Shown here in pieces: positions 8,780-17,046 of a DNA stretch of 64,000 bases; the stretch's first letter is position 1; each line of letters begins with the position of its first letter. The stretch comes from an uncultured Candidatus Saccharibacteria bacterium (GTDB lineage Bacteria > Patescibacteriota > Saccharimonadia > Saccharimonadales > AWTP1-31), in NCBI GenBank assembly GCA_964643545.1, contig CAZXTE010000004.1, positions 39,869 to 103,868 on the forward strand. Reading direction: 5' to 3'. The notes under the pieces were generated by a model. The model was not told where the DNA came from. It ran no database searches and saw nothing but the letters and a program-made list of their open reading frames with translations. The position numbers were made by a program, and so were the translations under genes.

Positions 8780-10384
8780 ATGAGTCAAAACGCACGCCTG
8801 GATGAAGAGCAGTCTACGCAACGTCGTGCTTCAATTTTAGGTCTCAATTATTATGATACATCTAAACTAGGCGACAAGGTGCTTTACAAAGATGTGTTGT
8901 CTGTGCCCGAACTGTATCAGTTAAAAGTCGTCCCGATTGTTGCCAGTGAACATGCGGTAACGTTCGGCATTACGAATACTACGTCACAACAAACACTAAC
9001 TCAGTTGCGCCAACGGCTTACCGATCAGCAAATTGACTACATGCTTATCTCTGACACGGGCTTCCGTGACTATATGCGTTTATACGATCCACCAAAGAAA
9101 GTGGTATACCAGGATATCTCTATAGGAACGGGTGATAACGAGTCGCTTATTGCTGCTGTTTCTGGGACATTGGAACAGGTGCGTGCTGACGATATGTTGG
9201 CATACTTAACGCAACAGGCACACAAACTCGGTGCTTCGGATATACATGTTGAGAATCAGGCCCAGTATGTTCGTATTCGATTTCGCATAGATGGTGTTCT
9301 GCACCCAGTTGCGCGTCTTTCACCGGAAAAAAACAGAATGTTGACATCGGCTATTGCCAGTGCCGCCAATGTCTCCACATCGGCTGCAATTGCTCAGCAA
9401 GGTCACATTGTGCAAAAAGGCAAAATGGCAGACGGGGCGCTGGTGAGTATTAACCTGCGTGTCGAAACAGTACCGGCCATCAACGGAATGGACATCGTGA
9501 TGCGACTCTTTAATATGGAAAGCAGTATGTACACGCTCGACAGGCTCGGCCTATCAAAGCCGGAGCGTGCCGTCGTCGATGGGATTATTCGTAAGCCAAG
9601 TGGGTTGGTGCTGGCGGTTGGGCCAACTGGTTCAGGTAAGACAACCACGTTGTACTCTATTCTTAACTCGCTGAATAATGTTGAGCGAAAGATAATAACT
9701 ATCGAGGACCCAGTTGAGTATCAATTCGAAGGCATCACACAGATATCAGTAACGAGTCAAAGTGGTGATCAGACGAATTTTGCAGACAAGTTGCGCGCTG
9801 TTCTTCGCTTAGACCCCGATATTGTCATGGTTGGAGAAATCAGAGATCTTGATACTGCTAAGACGGCATTGCAAGCCTCGCTCACGGGCCATTTGGTGCT
9901 TTCTACCTTTCACGCTGGTTCCGCGGCCGCTGCGTTAACGAGGCTCATGGATGTCATTGGCGAGAACCCACTTTTTCTTTCTGCAATTCGACTTGTTATG
10001 GCGCAGCGTTTGGTGCGTCGTCTTGAGGATACTACAAAACAGCCCTATGTTCCTGAGCCGAATATTAAAGCCCGAATCGAGAGCATCCTCTCAACGTTAC
10101 CTGCCTCAACACCAAAACCAGACATCACTAACCTCCAGTTATACAAACCGGGTAGTTCAGCTGATAACCCGTTCGGCTATAAAGGACAGCTTGCGCTCAG
10201 GGAGCAATTAGTGATGAGCGACGAGCTGCGAACGACCTTGCAGGAGCAAGGTGCTCATATGAGCACACAGTCTATAGAAGAGATCGCAGTAAGGAACGGC
10301 ATGTTAACAATGCTACAGAATGGTGTACTCAAGGTTGTCGCCGGCGAGACAACCGTCGAAGAAGTTTTTCGTGTCCTTGGTTAG
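8780..10384 (+). CDS. pilB: Type IV pilus/type II secretion assembly ATPase (GspE/PilB family)
   Basis: Walker A GPTGSGKTTT, Asp box, Walker B DPDIVMVGEIRD, His box LVLSTFHAG, and a T2SSE_N-like N-domain. ATG 8780 lies 6 nt after TATAAT. The longer track ORF (8615) overlaps the SpoU gene. Confidence 0.85.
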   Translation: MSQNARLDEEQSTQRRASILGLNYYDTSKLGDKVLYKDVLSVPELYQLKVVPIVASEHAVTFGITNTTSQQTLTQLRQRLTDQQIDYMLISDTGFRDYMRLYDPPKKVVYQDISIGTGDNESLIAAVSGTLEQVRADDMLAYLTQQAHKLGASDIHVENQAQYVRIRFRIDGVLHPVARLSPEKNRMLTSAIASAANVSTSAAIAQQGHIVQKGKMADGALVSINLRVETVPAINGMDIVMRLFNMESSMYTLDRLGLSKPERAVVDGIIRKPSGLVLAVGPTGSGKTTTLYSILNSLNNVERKIITIEDPVEYQFEGITQISVTSQSGDQTNFADKLRAVLRLDPDIVMVGEIRDLDTAKTALQASLTGHLVLSTFHAGSAAAALTRLMDVIGENPLFLSAIRLVMAQRLVRRLEDTTKQPYVPEPNIKARIESILSTLPASTPKPDITNLQLYKPGSSADNPFGYKGQLALREQLVMSDELRTTLQEQGAHMSTQSIEEIAVRNGMLTMLQNGVLKVVAGETTVEEVFRVLG

Positions 10385-11514
10385 CGGATAACAGCCGCGA
10401 TCTGCGGCACCAATGAGGCATTGAGTACACTGGGGACAATACACTCGGCAGTTGGCTTCTTGACCAAGGCAGCGATAACCTCGGCCGCTGCAATCTTATG
10501 AGCATCGGTTATTTGCTCAACTCTATTGTCCAACGCGCCACGGAAAATCCCAGGGAAGGCAAGTGCGTTATTGACTTGGTTGGGGAAGTCGCTACGTCCG
10601 GTAGCAACAATTGCAGCACCGGCCTCTTTGGCAATATCCGGCATAATTTCAGGAGTCGGATTCGCCATCGCAAATATGATAGGGTCCTTGTTCATAGACC
10701 GCACCATAGATGGGGTTACGAGGCCGGCTTTTGATACACCTATGAATACATCGGCCCCTTCCATAATATCTTCGAGGGTTCCATCTACGCCGGCGAGATT
10801 TGTAAAATTCAAAAGGCTTTTCTTTTCTTTGTTCAAATCAGTTCGGTTAGAGCTAATGACGCCTTTGCTGTCCACTGCAAAGATGCGTGGTTTAGCATAC
10901 AGGTAGAGCAGTTTCATAATTGCTGTACCGGCCGCTCCTGCTCCAACCACCACAATTTTGGCATCCTCTAGTTTGCGATTAACTACTTTCATGGCGTTGA
11001 TCAGCCCAGCTAATACCACGATCGCGGTTCCATGTTGATCATCATGAAAAACAGGAATCGATAGTGCTGCCTTCAAACGGTCTTCTACCTCAAAGCATAA
11101 TGGTGCAGCTATGTCCTCTAGGTTTATGCCTCCAAAGCTAGGTGCTATAGCTGCAACGGTATTAACTATATCGTCTGCAGTTGTTGCATTAAGAACAATG
11201 GGAACAGCATCAATGTCTGCGAAGTGTTTAAAAAGCATCGCTTTCCCCTCCATGACGGGCAATGCACCCTCTGGACCAATGTCACCGAGCCCTAAAACTG
11301 CAGAACCATTGCTGACAACTGCAACGGCGTTGTTTGTCCATGTATAATCTCGTGTCTGATCAGGATGACGCGCAACGTAGCTACTAACTGCAGCAACTCC
11401 CGGTGTGTAGTAGATGCTCAGTTTTTCTTGCGTATCAAGTGTGTCCTTCAGTTGCAGGCCAATTTTACCTTGAAGTTTTTTGTGCTGTGCCAAACTTTTT
11501 TTTGAATATTCCAT
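10381..11514 (-). CDS. NAD(P)-dependent malic enzyme (short form, no PTA domain)
   Basis: 377 aa. Motifs YTPGVA, VVSNGSAVLGLGDIGPEGALPVMEGKAMLFK, FEDIAAP-like INLEDIAAP and VVVGAGAAG. Confidence 0.9.
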   Translation of the reverse strand: MEYSKKSLAQHKKLQGKIGLQLKDTLDTQEKLSIYYTPGVAAVSSYVARHPDQTRDYTWTNNAVAVVSNGSAVLGLGDIGPEGALPVMEGKAMLFKHFADIDAVPIVLNATTADDIVNTVAAIAPSFGGINLEDIAAPLCFEVEDRLKAALSIPVFHDDQHGTAIVVLAGLINAMKVVNRKLEDAKIVVVGAGAAGTAIMKLLYLYAKPRIFAVDSKGVISSNRTDLNKEKKSLLNFTNLAGVDGTLEDIMEGADVFIGVSKAGLVTPSMVRSMNKDPIIFAMANPTPEIMPDIAKEAGAAIVATGRSDFPNQVNNALAFPGIFRGALDNRVEQITDAHKIAAAEVIAALVKKPTAECIVPSVLNASLVPQIAAVIR

Positions 11515-11615
11515 AGCTCTAGTGTACGTAATTTTGCAGCAAGGTGGTATTTCATTATCACAACAGATGTGATAGACTTGAAGTAACGAACAAAATAGTG
11601 TAAGGTTTATTGGTT

Positions 11616-12143
11616 ATGGAATCTGTTGTACGGAAAATTGAAGCAAAATATAAGAAACACGCCGTTGTAGACGTAATGCCTGGCGACACTGTTCGCGTGC
11701 ATCAGAAAATTCAAGAAGGCAACAAAAGCCGTATACAGATTTTTGAAGGTCTTGTTATCCGTACCTCTCGCAAGCAAAGCCTTACCTCCACCATTGCCGT
11801 GCGCCGAATCGCAAGCGGTGTTGGAGTAGAAAAGACATACCTGCTGCACTCTCCATTAATCACTAAAGTTGAAGTTACTAAGCGAAGCAAGGTTCGTCGT
11901 AATTACCTGACATATATGCGTGCCCGCACAGGCAAGTCTGCTCGTCTTACAGGGATGGACTTTGACCGTAAGTCTATTAACGAAGTGCCGGTTGACCCAG
12001 CGATTCTAAAGGCCGAAGAAGAAGCAAAAGAAGCAGCTGCAAAAGAACATGCTAGTAAAGAAGCAGAAAAAGCTGCTGAAGAAGCCGCACAAGAAGCAAA
12101 AGTCCAGGCGGCATTGGCCCAACACCAAGACACTGATAAATAA
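11616..12143 (+). CDS. rplS: 50S ribosomal protein L19 with Ala/Glu/Lys-rich C-terminal tail
   Basis: L19 core (GDTVRVHQKIQEGNKSRIQIFEGLVI...GVGVEKTYLLHSP). About 65 extra C-terminal residues. I prefer ATG 11616 to the track TTG 11610. Confidence 0.93.
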   Translation: MESVVRKIEAKYKKHAVVDVMPGDTVRVHQKIQEGNKSRIQIFEGLVIRTSRKQSLTSTIAVRRIASGVGVEKTYLLHSPLITKVEVTKRSKVRRNYLTYMRARTGKSARLTGMDFDRKSINEVPVDPAILKAEEEAKEAAAKEHASKEAEKAAEEAAQEAKVQAALAQHQDTDK

Positions 12144-12173
12144 TTACGAACCTTTTTGTTATGATTAGCCTGT

Positions 12174-12752
12174 ATGCAGGCGACTATTGGTGTAGATGAA
12201 GTAGGGCGTGGCGCGTGGGCTGGGCCGTTGTTGGTCGTGGCAGCACGAAGGCGTAAACCACTGCCAACGGGGTTGAAAGATTCTAAAATCCTCAGCAAAG
12301 CCAAGAGGAATGAGCTTTCCCCGTTAATCGCTCAATCGTGTGACATTGGGCTGGCGTGGGTCTCGAATATAGAGATAGATAGGATCGGTTTGGCTGCTGC
12401 GCTGCGTATTGCGTTTTTGCAAGCAGTTAATACACTCGTGCCAACAACAGAGGACTCTATTCTTATAGACGGTACAATAAACTATTGTGAAAACGTGTAT
12501 CCACGCAGCAAAGCCAAAGTTAAGGCCGACAGGGATAATCTTATCGTGAGCGCAGCCAGTGTATACGCGAAAGTTCTAAGAGATGAACACATGCGACAAC
12601 AGGAAGACGCTTTCCCCGGATACGGATTTGCACAAAACGTAGGGTATGGCACCCGACAACACCTAAATAGCCTGCTCCTTCTGGGAGTTTCAGATCTACA
12701 TCGTCGCAGCTTTAAGCCAGTAAAGGCGCTCGTCCGTTATGGGAAACGTTAA
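12174..12752 (+). CDS. rnhB: Ribonuclease HII
   Basis: IGVDEVGRGAWAGPLLVVA (DEVGRG catalytic motif), 192 aa. Confidence 0.9.
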   Translation: MQATIGVDEVGRGAWAGPLLVVAARRRKPLPTGLKDSKILSKAKRNELSPLIAQSCDIGLAWVSNIEIDRIGLAAALRIAFLQAVNTLVPTTEDSILIDGTINYCENVYPRSKAKVKADRDNLIVSAASVYAKVLRDEHMRQQEDAFPGYGFAQNVGYGTRQHLNSLLLLGVSDLHRRSFKPVKALVRYGKR

Positions 12753-13080
12753 TCGCGGCAAACTGGCTGAACTGGTTGCTGCCCAGTACCTGCAAGATCG
12801 GGGCTATAGAATTCTTGATCAAAATTGGAAAACACGCTATTGCGAAATAGACATTGTCGCAAAGAAAGATGACGTTATTATATTCGTTGAGGTAAAATAC
12901 CGTCTCTCAAGCGTTGCTGGGGACGGCTTTGCCTATATCACTTCAAAAAAGATATCTAAAATGCAACTAGGGGCGGAAAGTTGGGTGGCAAAAAATCGCT
13001 GGGACGGGGAGTATTGTCTGGGTGCTATAGAGTTGGCAGGGCCGGACTGTTCTGTTACGCACTTTCTTGACGCGCTTTAA
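12739..13080 (+). CDS. yraN: YraN-family (UPF0102) endonuclease-like protein
   Basis: 113 aa. G..AE..A..YL...GY.IL..NW......EIDIVA......FVEVK pattern. The rnhB-yraN adjacency is widely conserved. Confidence 0.85.
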   Translation: MGNVNRGKLAELVAAQYLQDRGYRILDQNWKTRYCEIDIVAKKDDVIIFVEVKYRLSSVAGDGFAYITSKKISKMQLGAESWVAKNRWDGEYCLGAIELAGPDCSVTHFLDAL

Positions 13081-15676
13081 AGAATGCCTCGATAGTTTTC
13101 TGGTCGCGTGCCCTCCACGCCGACTGCCACTCTATGATCTCTGTGCCTTGTTTTATATTTCTCTCAAATGCAGATGACATGTGTTTATTAAAGAATGAAC
13201 TGAATTCATCTAAGAACGTTGCGTCGCTGCACGAGCGTGCCACATAGATGGGTAATCTATAGAAGGACAGATCATTGCCAAGGTTGGTCTCGAGCCAATC
13301 CCAATGTTTCACTACCCATTGCCAGGTGGCTTCTCTCGCAAAACGGTTACTAAAGTTATACACCAACCAGTACGCGACGTCCTGTAGGCGAACAGCGTCT
13401 GTTGTGATGAGCCCCAAAGCTCTCTGTATTAATTCGGGCTGTTTGAATCCACACAAGGCGGCGCAAAGGTTGAGGCGTTCTTCGCTAAACTGTGTAGCAT
13501 TATGCATTCCCAGAAGTTTATCAAAGGTGTCTTTGTCGCCGTGTCGTGCAGCGGTACCATATACAATCCCACGCATATCAGGGTCGATTGCTTCACCACG
13601 CTTCAGACTGCTGTGCGAACCAGAAAAGCGCAGTTCGGTTGCCACGTCCTCTGGCTTGTGCATCGCATCAAACAGTTTTAATGCATGTGTAACGACTTCG
13701 GGTTCGTCTGCAACCGCCGCCATGCCCAGGATGGTTGGGCGCAATAAGCGATCAAAATGAGACTCAGAGTCGCCGGGTTCCCAACCGAGACGCTCCCGCT
13801 GGGTATGTATGAGCTTGCGAACATATGGCTTGAGTGACTCACGGATTGTATCTGAATTCATAACCATGCGTAACGTTGCTAGGTTTGATGCAATAACATC
13901 CCAAACAGCATTATCTGTCTCTTCCCGGTAGGCATCAAGCAGATGAAGTACGGTTGTGGTATCGCAGTAACTTGCTTTTGCTGCTTCAAAGGCGTCAGCC
14001 AAAAGGCCCATGCGATCAACAGGGGATACATGACCGGTACTTATCTGTTTCCCAAGCGCTTGGAGTTCCGTTGCGGTGTAGCTGGTGCGATAAAAACCAC
14101 TTTGCCCCAAGTTCATTTTTAGTAGTTTGTCTGGGCTGCGTTTGAATGCAACTGACTCTTTGGAAAGAACGCGCGGTGCATTCTTTTGCTCGCTCAGAAG
14201 AGCGACGGGCCACAAGGGACTTTGTTTTGACTTGTGCTTAGGATTAAGAATGAAGCGATGCTGCTCGAGGTGCAAATCCCCATTATTTGAAGTAACTTGT
14301 ACGATCGGATATCCCGCTTGCGTCGTCCACGCGTGCATGAACTGTTTGACGGGCATGTCAGAAACCTCCTCAAGCGCTTGCCAGAGGTCATCGGTGTCTG
14401 TGTTTTTATAGGCATGCTGTCTAAGGTAGTACCGCAAACCGTCACGAAACACTTCTGGGCCTAGGTATTGATGGAGCATGTGAATAACGCTACTTCCTTT
14501 GCTATAGCTAATGGCATCAAAAATAGTACGAATTTCATCAGGATGATTTATTGGGACCTCGATAGCATGGGTATGCTCGAGTGAATCAAGACGCAGTGCT
14601 TGCTGTTGCTCATCTACAATAAACTGAGTCCACATCTTCCAATCGGGGAATAGGTGGTCTACGGCCAAGTATTCAATCCAGCTTGCAAAGCCTTCGTTGA
14701 GCCAGAGATCAGTCCACCAACGCATGGTAACCAAGTTCCCAAACCACTGGTGCGCAAGCTCGTGCGCAACAACCATAGCTACATACTGTTTGCTGGCCAG
14801 GCTTGTATTTTTCGGGTCAACCAGTAACGCGTGCTCCCTATATGTTATGCAGCCCCAGTTTTCCATCGCCCCTGATGCAAAATCAGGCAAAGCGATCATG
14901 TCGCATTTCTCTAGTGGGTAGTCGATAGCAAAATAATCTGTATAGAAATCGAGGATCTTAACCGCACAGTCTAATGCAAATTGCGTATGATTTACATTAT
15001 CTGGCGTCGCGTATGTTCGAACAATAACTCCTTTTTTTGTTTTCTTTTCTAGGTATTTCATTTCCCCAAATACAAATGCCAATAAGTAGGTGCTCATATG
15101 GGGTGTGCGCTCAAACGTTGTGGTCCAACGTTTGTCTTTTGTCGTTTGAGTTTTTATGGGCGTATTGGAGATAACCGCTTCGCCTTCTGGTGACGTCAGT
15201 GTTAAGTCAAAGGTTGCCTTTGCCTCTGGCTCATCAATACAGGGGAATACTTCTCTTGCGTGGTGACTCTCGAACTGTGTGCCAATTAAGACCTTCTCTT
15301 TCTTGTCGTGCGTGAAGAAACAAGGGTACATGCCGTTCATGGCACGGGTTATTACCCCCTTGAAGGACATGCTTATGGTGTAGCTGCCGTTAGGCAGTGG
15401 CGAGCCGCTATGAAGCCGTATTTCATCGTAAGCACCATGATGATTCATTCTATCTATAGGCATTTCGCGGTCGCCATCTTTAGAATGGTGAATGACATGT
15501 ATCTTATGGATACGAAGTCCTTTTTGGTGCATCACGATCCGCCGGCTTGGTCGTCCAACTTTGTGGCCGCTAACAATAACGGTGCCGTTAAATACCATCT
15601 TATTTCTATCTGGTGTAAGATCGAGTATGTAGTGTTGCGGGTGAAATTGGTCGTACAGTCTTCGCACATTTTTCAT
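13055..15676 (-). CDS. pepN: M1-family zinc aminopeptidase (aminopeptidase N type)
   Basis: 873 aa. GAMENWG exopeptidase motif and HELAHQWFGNLVT...WLNEGFA zinc site. Long helical ERAP1-like C-terminal domain. Confidence 0.92.
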   Translation of the reverse strand: MKNVRRLYDQFHPQHYILDLTPDRNKMVFNGTVIVSGHKVGRPSRRIVMHQKGLRIHKIHVIHHSKDGDREMPIDRMNHHGAYDEIRLHSGSPLPNGSYTISMSFKGVITRAMNGMYPCFFTHDKKEKVLIGTQFESHHAREVFPCIDEPEAKATFDLTLTSPEGEAVISNTPIKTQTTKDKRWTTTFERTPHMSTYLLAFVFGEMKYLEKKTKKGVIVRTYATPDNVNHTQFALDCAVKILDFYTDYFAIDYPLEKCDMIALPDFASGAMENWGCITYREHALLVDPKNTSLASKQYVAMVVAHELAHQWFGNLVTMRWWTDLWLNEGFASWIEYLAVDHLFPDWKMWTQFIVDEQQQALRLDSLEHTHAIEVPINHPDEIRTIFDAISYSKGSSVIHMLHQYLGPEVFRDGLRYYLRQHAYKNTDTDDLWQALEEVSDMPVKQFMHAWTTQAGYPIVQVTSNNGDLHLEQHRFILNPKHKSKQSPLWPVALLSEQKNAPRVLSKESVAFKRSPDKLLKMNLGQSGFYRTSYTATELQALGKQISTGHVSPVDRMGLLADAFEAAKASYCDTTTVLHLLDAYREETDNAVWDVIASNLATLRMVMNSDTIRESLKPYVRKLIHTQRERLGWEPGDSESHFDRLLRPTILGMAAVADEPEVVTHALKLFDAMHKPEDVATELRFSGSHSSLKRGEAIDPDMRGIVYGTAARHGDKDTFDKLLGMHNATQFSEERLNLCAALCGFKQPELIQRALGLITTDAVRLQDVAYWLVYNFSNRFAREATWQWVVKHWDWLETNLGNDLSFYRLPIYVARSCSDATFLDEFSSFFNKHMSSAFERNIKQGTEIIEWQSAWRARDQKTIEAFFKARQESA

Positions 15677-15715
15677 CTGTTTAGTGTAGCATGCACCCGT
15701 AGCTGCCTAAACGTA

Positions 15716-15744
15716 TTGTCTACAACGGTGCATCGTGGTAAACT
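15716..15744 (+). promoter_or_regulatory. Putative nusA promoter (TTGTCT-N17-TAAACT with TGn extended -10)
   Basis: TTGTCT 15716-15721, TG at 15736-15737, TAAACT 15739-15744. It lies in the divergent pepN/nusA spacer. Confidence 0.4.
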
Positions 15745-15758
15745 AATAGGTAGTTATG

Positions 15759-15782
15759 TCCGGCCAGCAGGTCGGATTTTTT
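15759..15782 (+). terminator. Intrinsic-terminator-like hairpin inside the nusA 5' leader
   Basis: TCCGGCC-agca-GGTCGGA (7 bp, one G-U) followed by six T residues. It sits between the putative promoter and the nusA SD. It is strand-specific: the T-run is only on the plus strand. Confidence 0.6.
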
Positions 15783-15809
15783 CATATAAAGAACAAAGGA
15801 GAAGTCAAC

Positions 15810-16970
15810 ATGGAGCTAGATATTAAAAGCCTTGCAGTCGCTGTCCGTGCAATTGCAGAGGAAAAAAACCTACCCGAAGAAACTGTCCAGGAAATTGTTG
15901 AGCAGGCTCTTGCAGCCGCTTATAAACGAGATTTTGGCGATAGAGAACAGGAAGTTCGTGTCAATATGAACATCAATTCAGGAGATATTGATGTGTATAT
16001 ATCCAAGGAGGTCGTCGAGAAGGTTGGTGACCCACACTTTGAAATCAGCCTGACCGAGGCACAAGCTATTCGTAAAAATGTCGTTATTGGGGACATGGTT
16101 GAGATTCACCAAAAGGCAGACAACTTTGGACGTGTTGCAGCCCAGACGGCAAAACAGGTCATTTTGCAGCGTCTCCGCGAAGTTGAGCGTGAAATCATTA
16201 TGGCTGAGTTTGATGACAAAATTGGCACCATCATCAATGGTATCGTTTCTCGTGTCGAGGGAATGCTTGTGCGTTTTGATCTTGGTAAGGCGCAGGGCAT
16301 TATGCCAAAAAGTGAGCAAATCCAGGGTGAACGCTATTACCCTGGCCAGCGCCTAAAAGTACTTTTGAAAGATGTTGAGCGCGGACCACGAGGGCCTCAA
16401 CTGGTGTTGAGCCGGGGCAGTGGAGCATTTATTGAGTTTTTGTTTCGATCCGAAGTGCCAGAAATGGAAAATGGCGCAGTTGAGATCAAGACAATAGCGC
16501 GCGAAGCTGGTGTGCGAACTAAGTTAGCTGTTTCCAGCACCGTTCCAGGTGTTGACCCTGTCGGAACGTTTGTCGGTGGTCATGGCACCCGCGTTAACGC
16601 AGTTATGGGTGAAATCGGTGAACAGGAAAAAATTGACATAGTTGTATGGGATAAGGATCCTGCTACATTCATAATTAATGCATTGAGCCCAACGAAAGTC
16701 GCAAAGGTTAAGCTGTATGAGGCTGAAAAAAAGGCGGAAGTGATTGTTCCCGAAGATCAGCAGAGTATTGCTATAGGCAAAGCAGGCCAAAACGTTCGTC
16801 TGGCAAGCAAATTGACTGGGTACGATATTGATATCATGCCAGAGGTTGTTGCTGTCAAAGAAGAAGTAAAGCCCGCTGCACCAAAGCAGCCAAATGTTGT
16901 TCCTAAGCTTAAGAAAAAGGAGCAATTGGAAAGCTCGCTGCTTGAGGCGATTGAAGAGCACGGCGAATAG
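15810..16970 (+). CDS. nusA: Transcription termination/antitermination factor NusA
   Basis: MELDIKSLAVAVRAIAEEKNLPEE start with AAAGGAG SD 8 nt upstream. S1 and tandem KH regions (IAIGKAGQNVRLASKLTG). Confidence 0.93.
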   Translation: MELDIKSLAVAVRAIAEEKNLPEETVQEIVEQALAAAYKRDFGDREQEVRVNMNINSGDIDVYISKEVVEKVGDPHFEISLTEAQAIRKNVVIGDMVEIHQKADNFGRVAAQTAKQVILQRLREVEREIIMAEFDDKIGTIINGIVSRVEGMLVRFDLGKAQGIMPKSEQIQGERYYPGQRLKVLLKDVERGPRGPQLVLSRGSGAFIEFLFRSEVPEMENGAVEIKTIAREAGVRTKLAVSSTVPGVDPVGTFVGGHGTRVNAVMGEIGEQEKIDIVVWDKDPATFIINALSPTKVAKVKLYEAEKKAEVIVPEDQQSIAIGKAGQNVRLASKLTGYDIDIMPEVVAVKEEVKPAAPKQPNVVPKLKKKEQLESSLLEAIEEHGE

Positions 16971-16976
16971 ACCAAA

Positions 16977-17003
16977 CTAGCACTCTTGACTGACGAGTGC
17001 TAA
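16977..17003 (+). promoter_or_regulatory. CIRCE-type inverted repeat (HrcA operator) overlapping the clpC promoter
   Basis: CTAGCACTC-ttgactgac-GAGTGCTAA against consensus TTAGCACTC-N9-GAGTGCTAA. The spacer begins with TTGACT, and TATTAT follows at 17008-17013. Confidence 0.8.
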
Positions 17004-17046
17004 CTGGTATTATGGTAGTAGTGTATAAAACACCAGAAGAACTACT

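Noticed and set aside
15756-15809. 18-codon N-terminal extension of nusA
   Set aside because: The extension consists of the leader hairpin and T-run. A strong AAAGGAG SD precedes ATG 15810, and the canonical NusA N-terminus starts there.
13275-15826. Plus-strand ORFs of 161 aa (13275-13760) and 172 aa (15308-15826) inside or opposite pepN
   Set aside because: They are antisense to the M1 aminopeptidase, whose GAMEN and HExxH-E motifs confirm the minus-strand frame. They have no motifs of their own.
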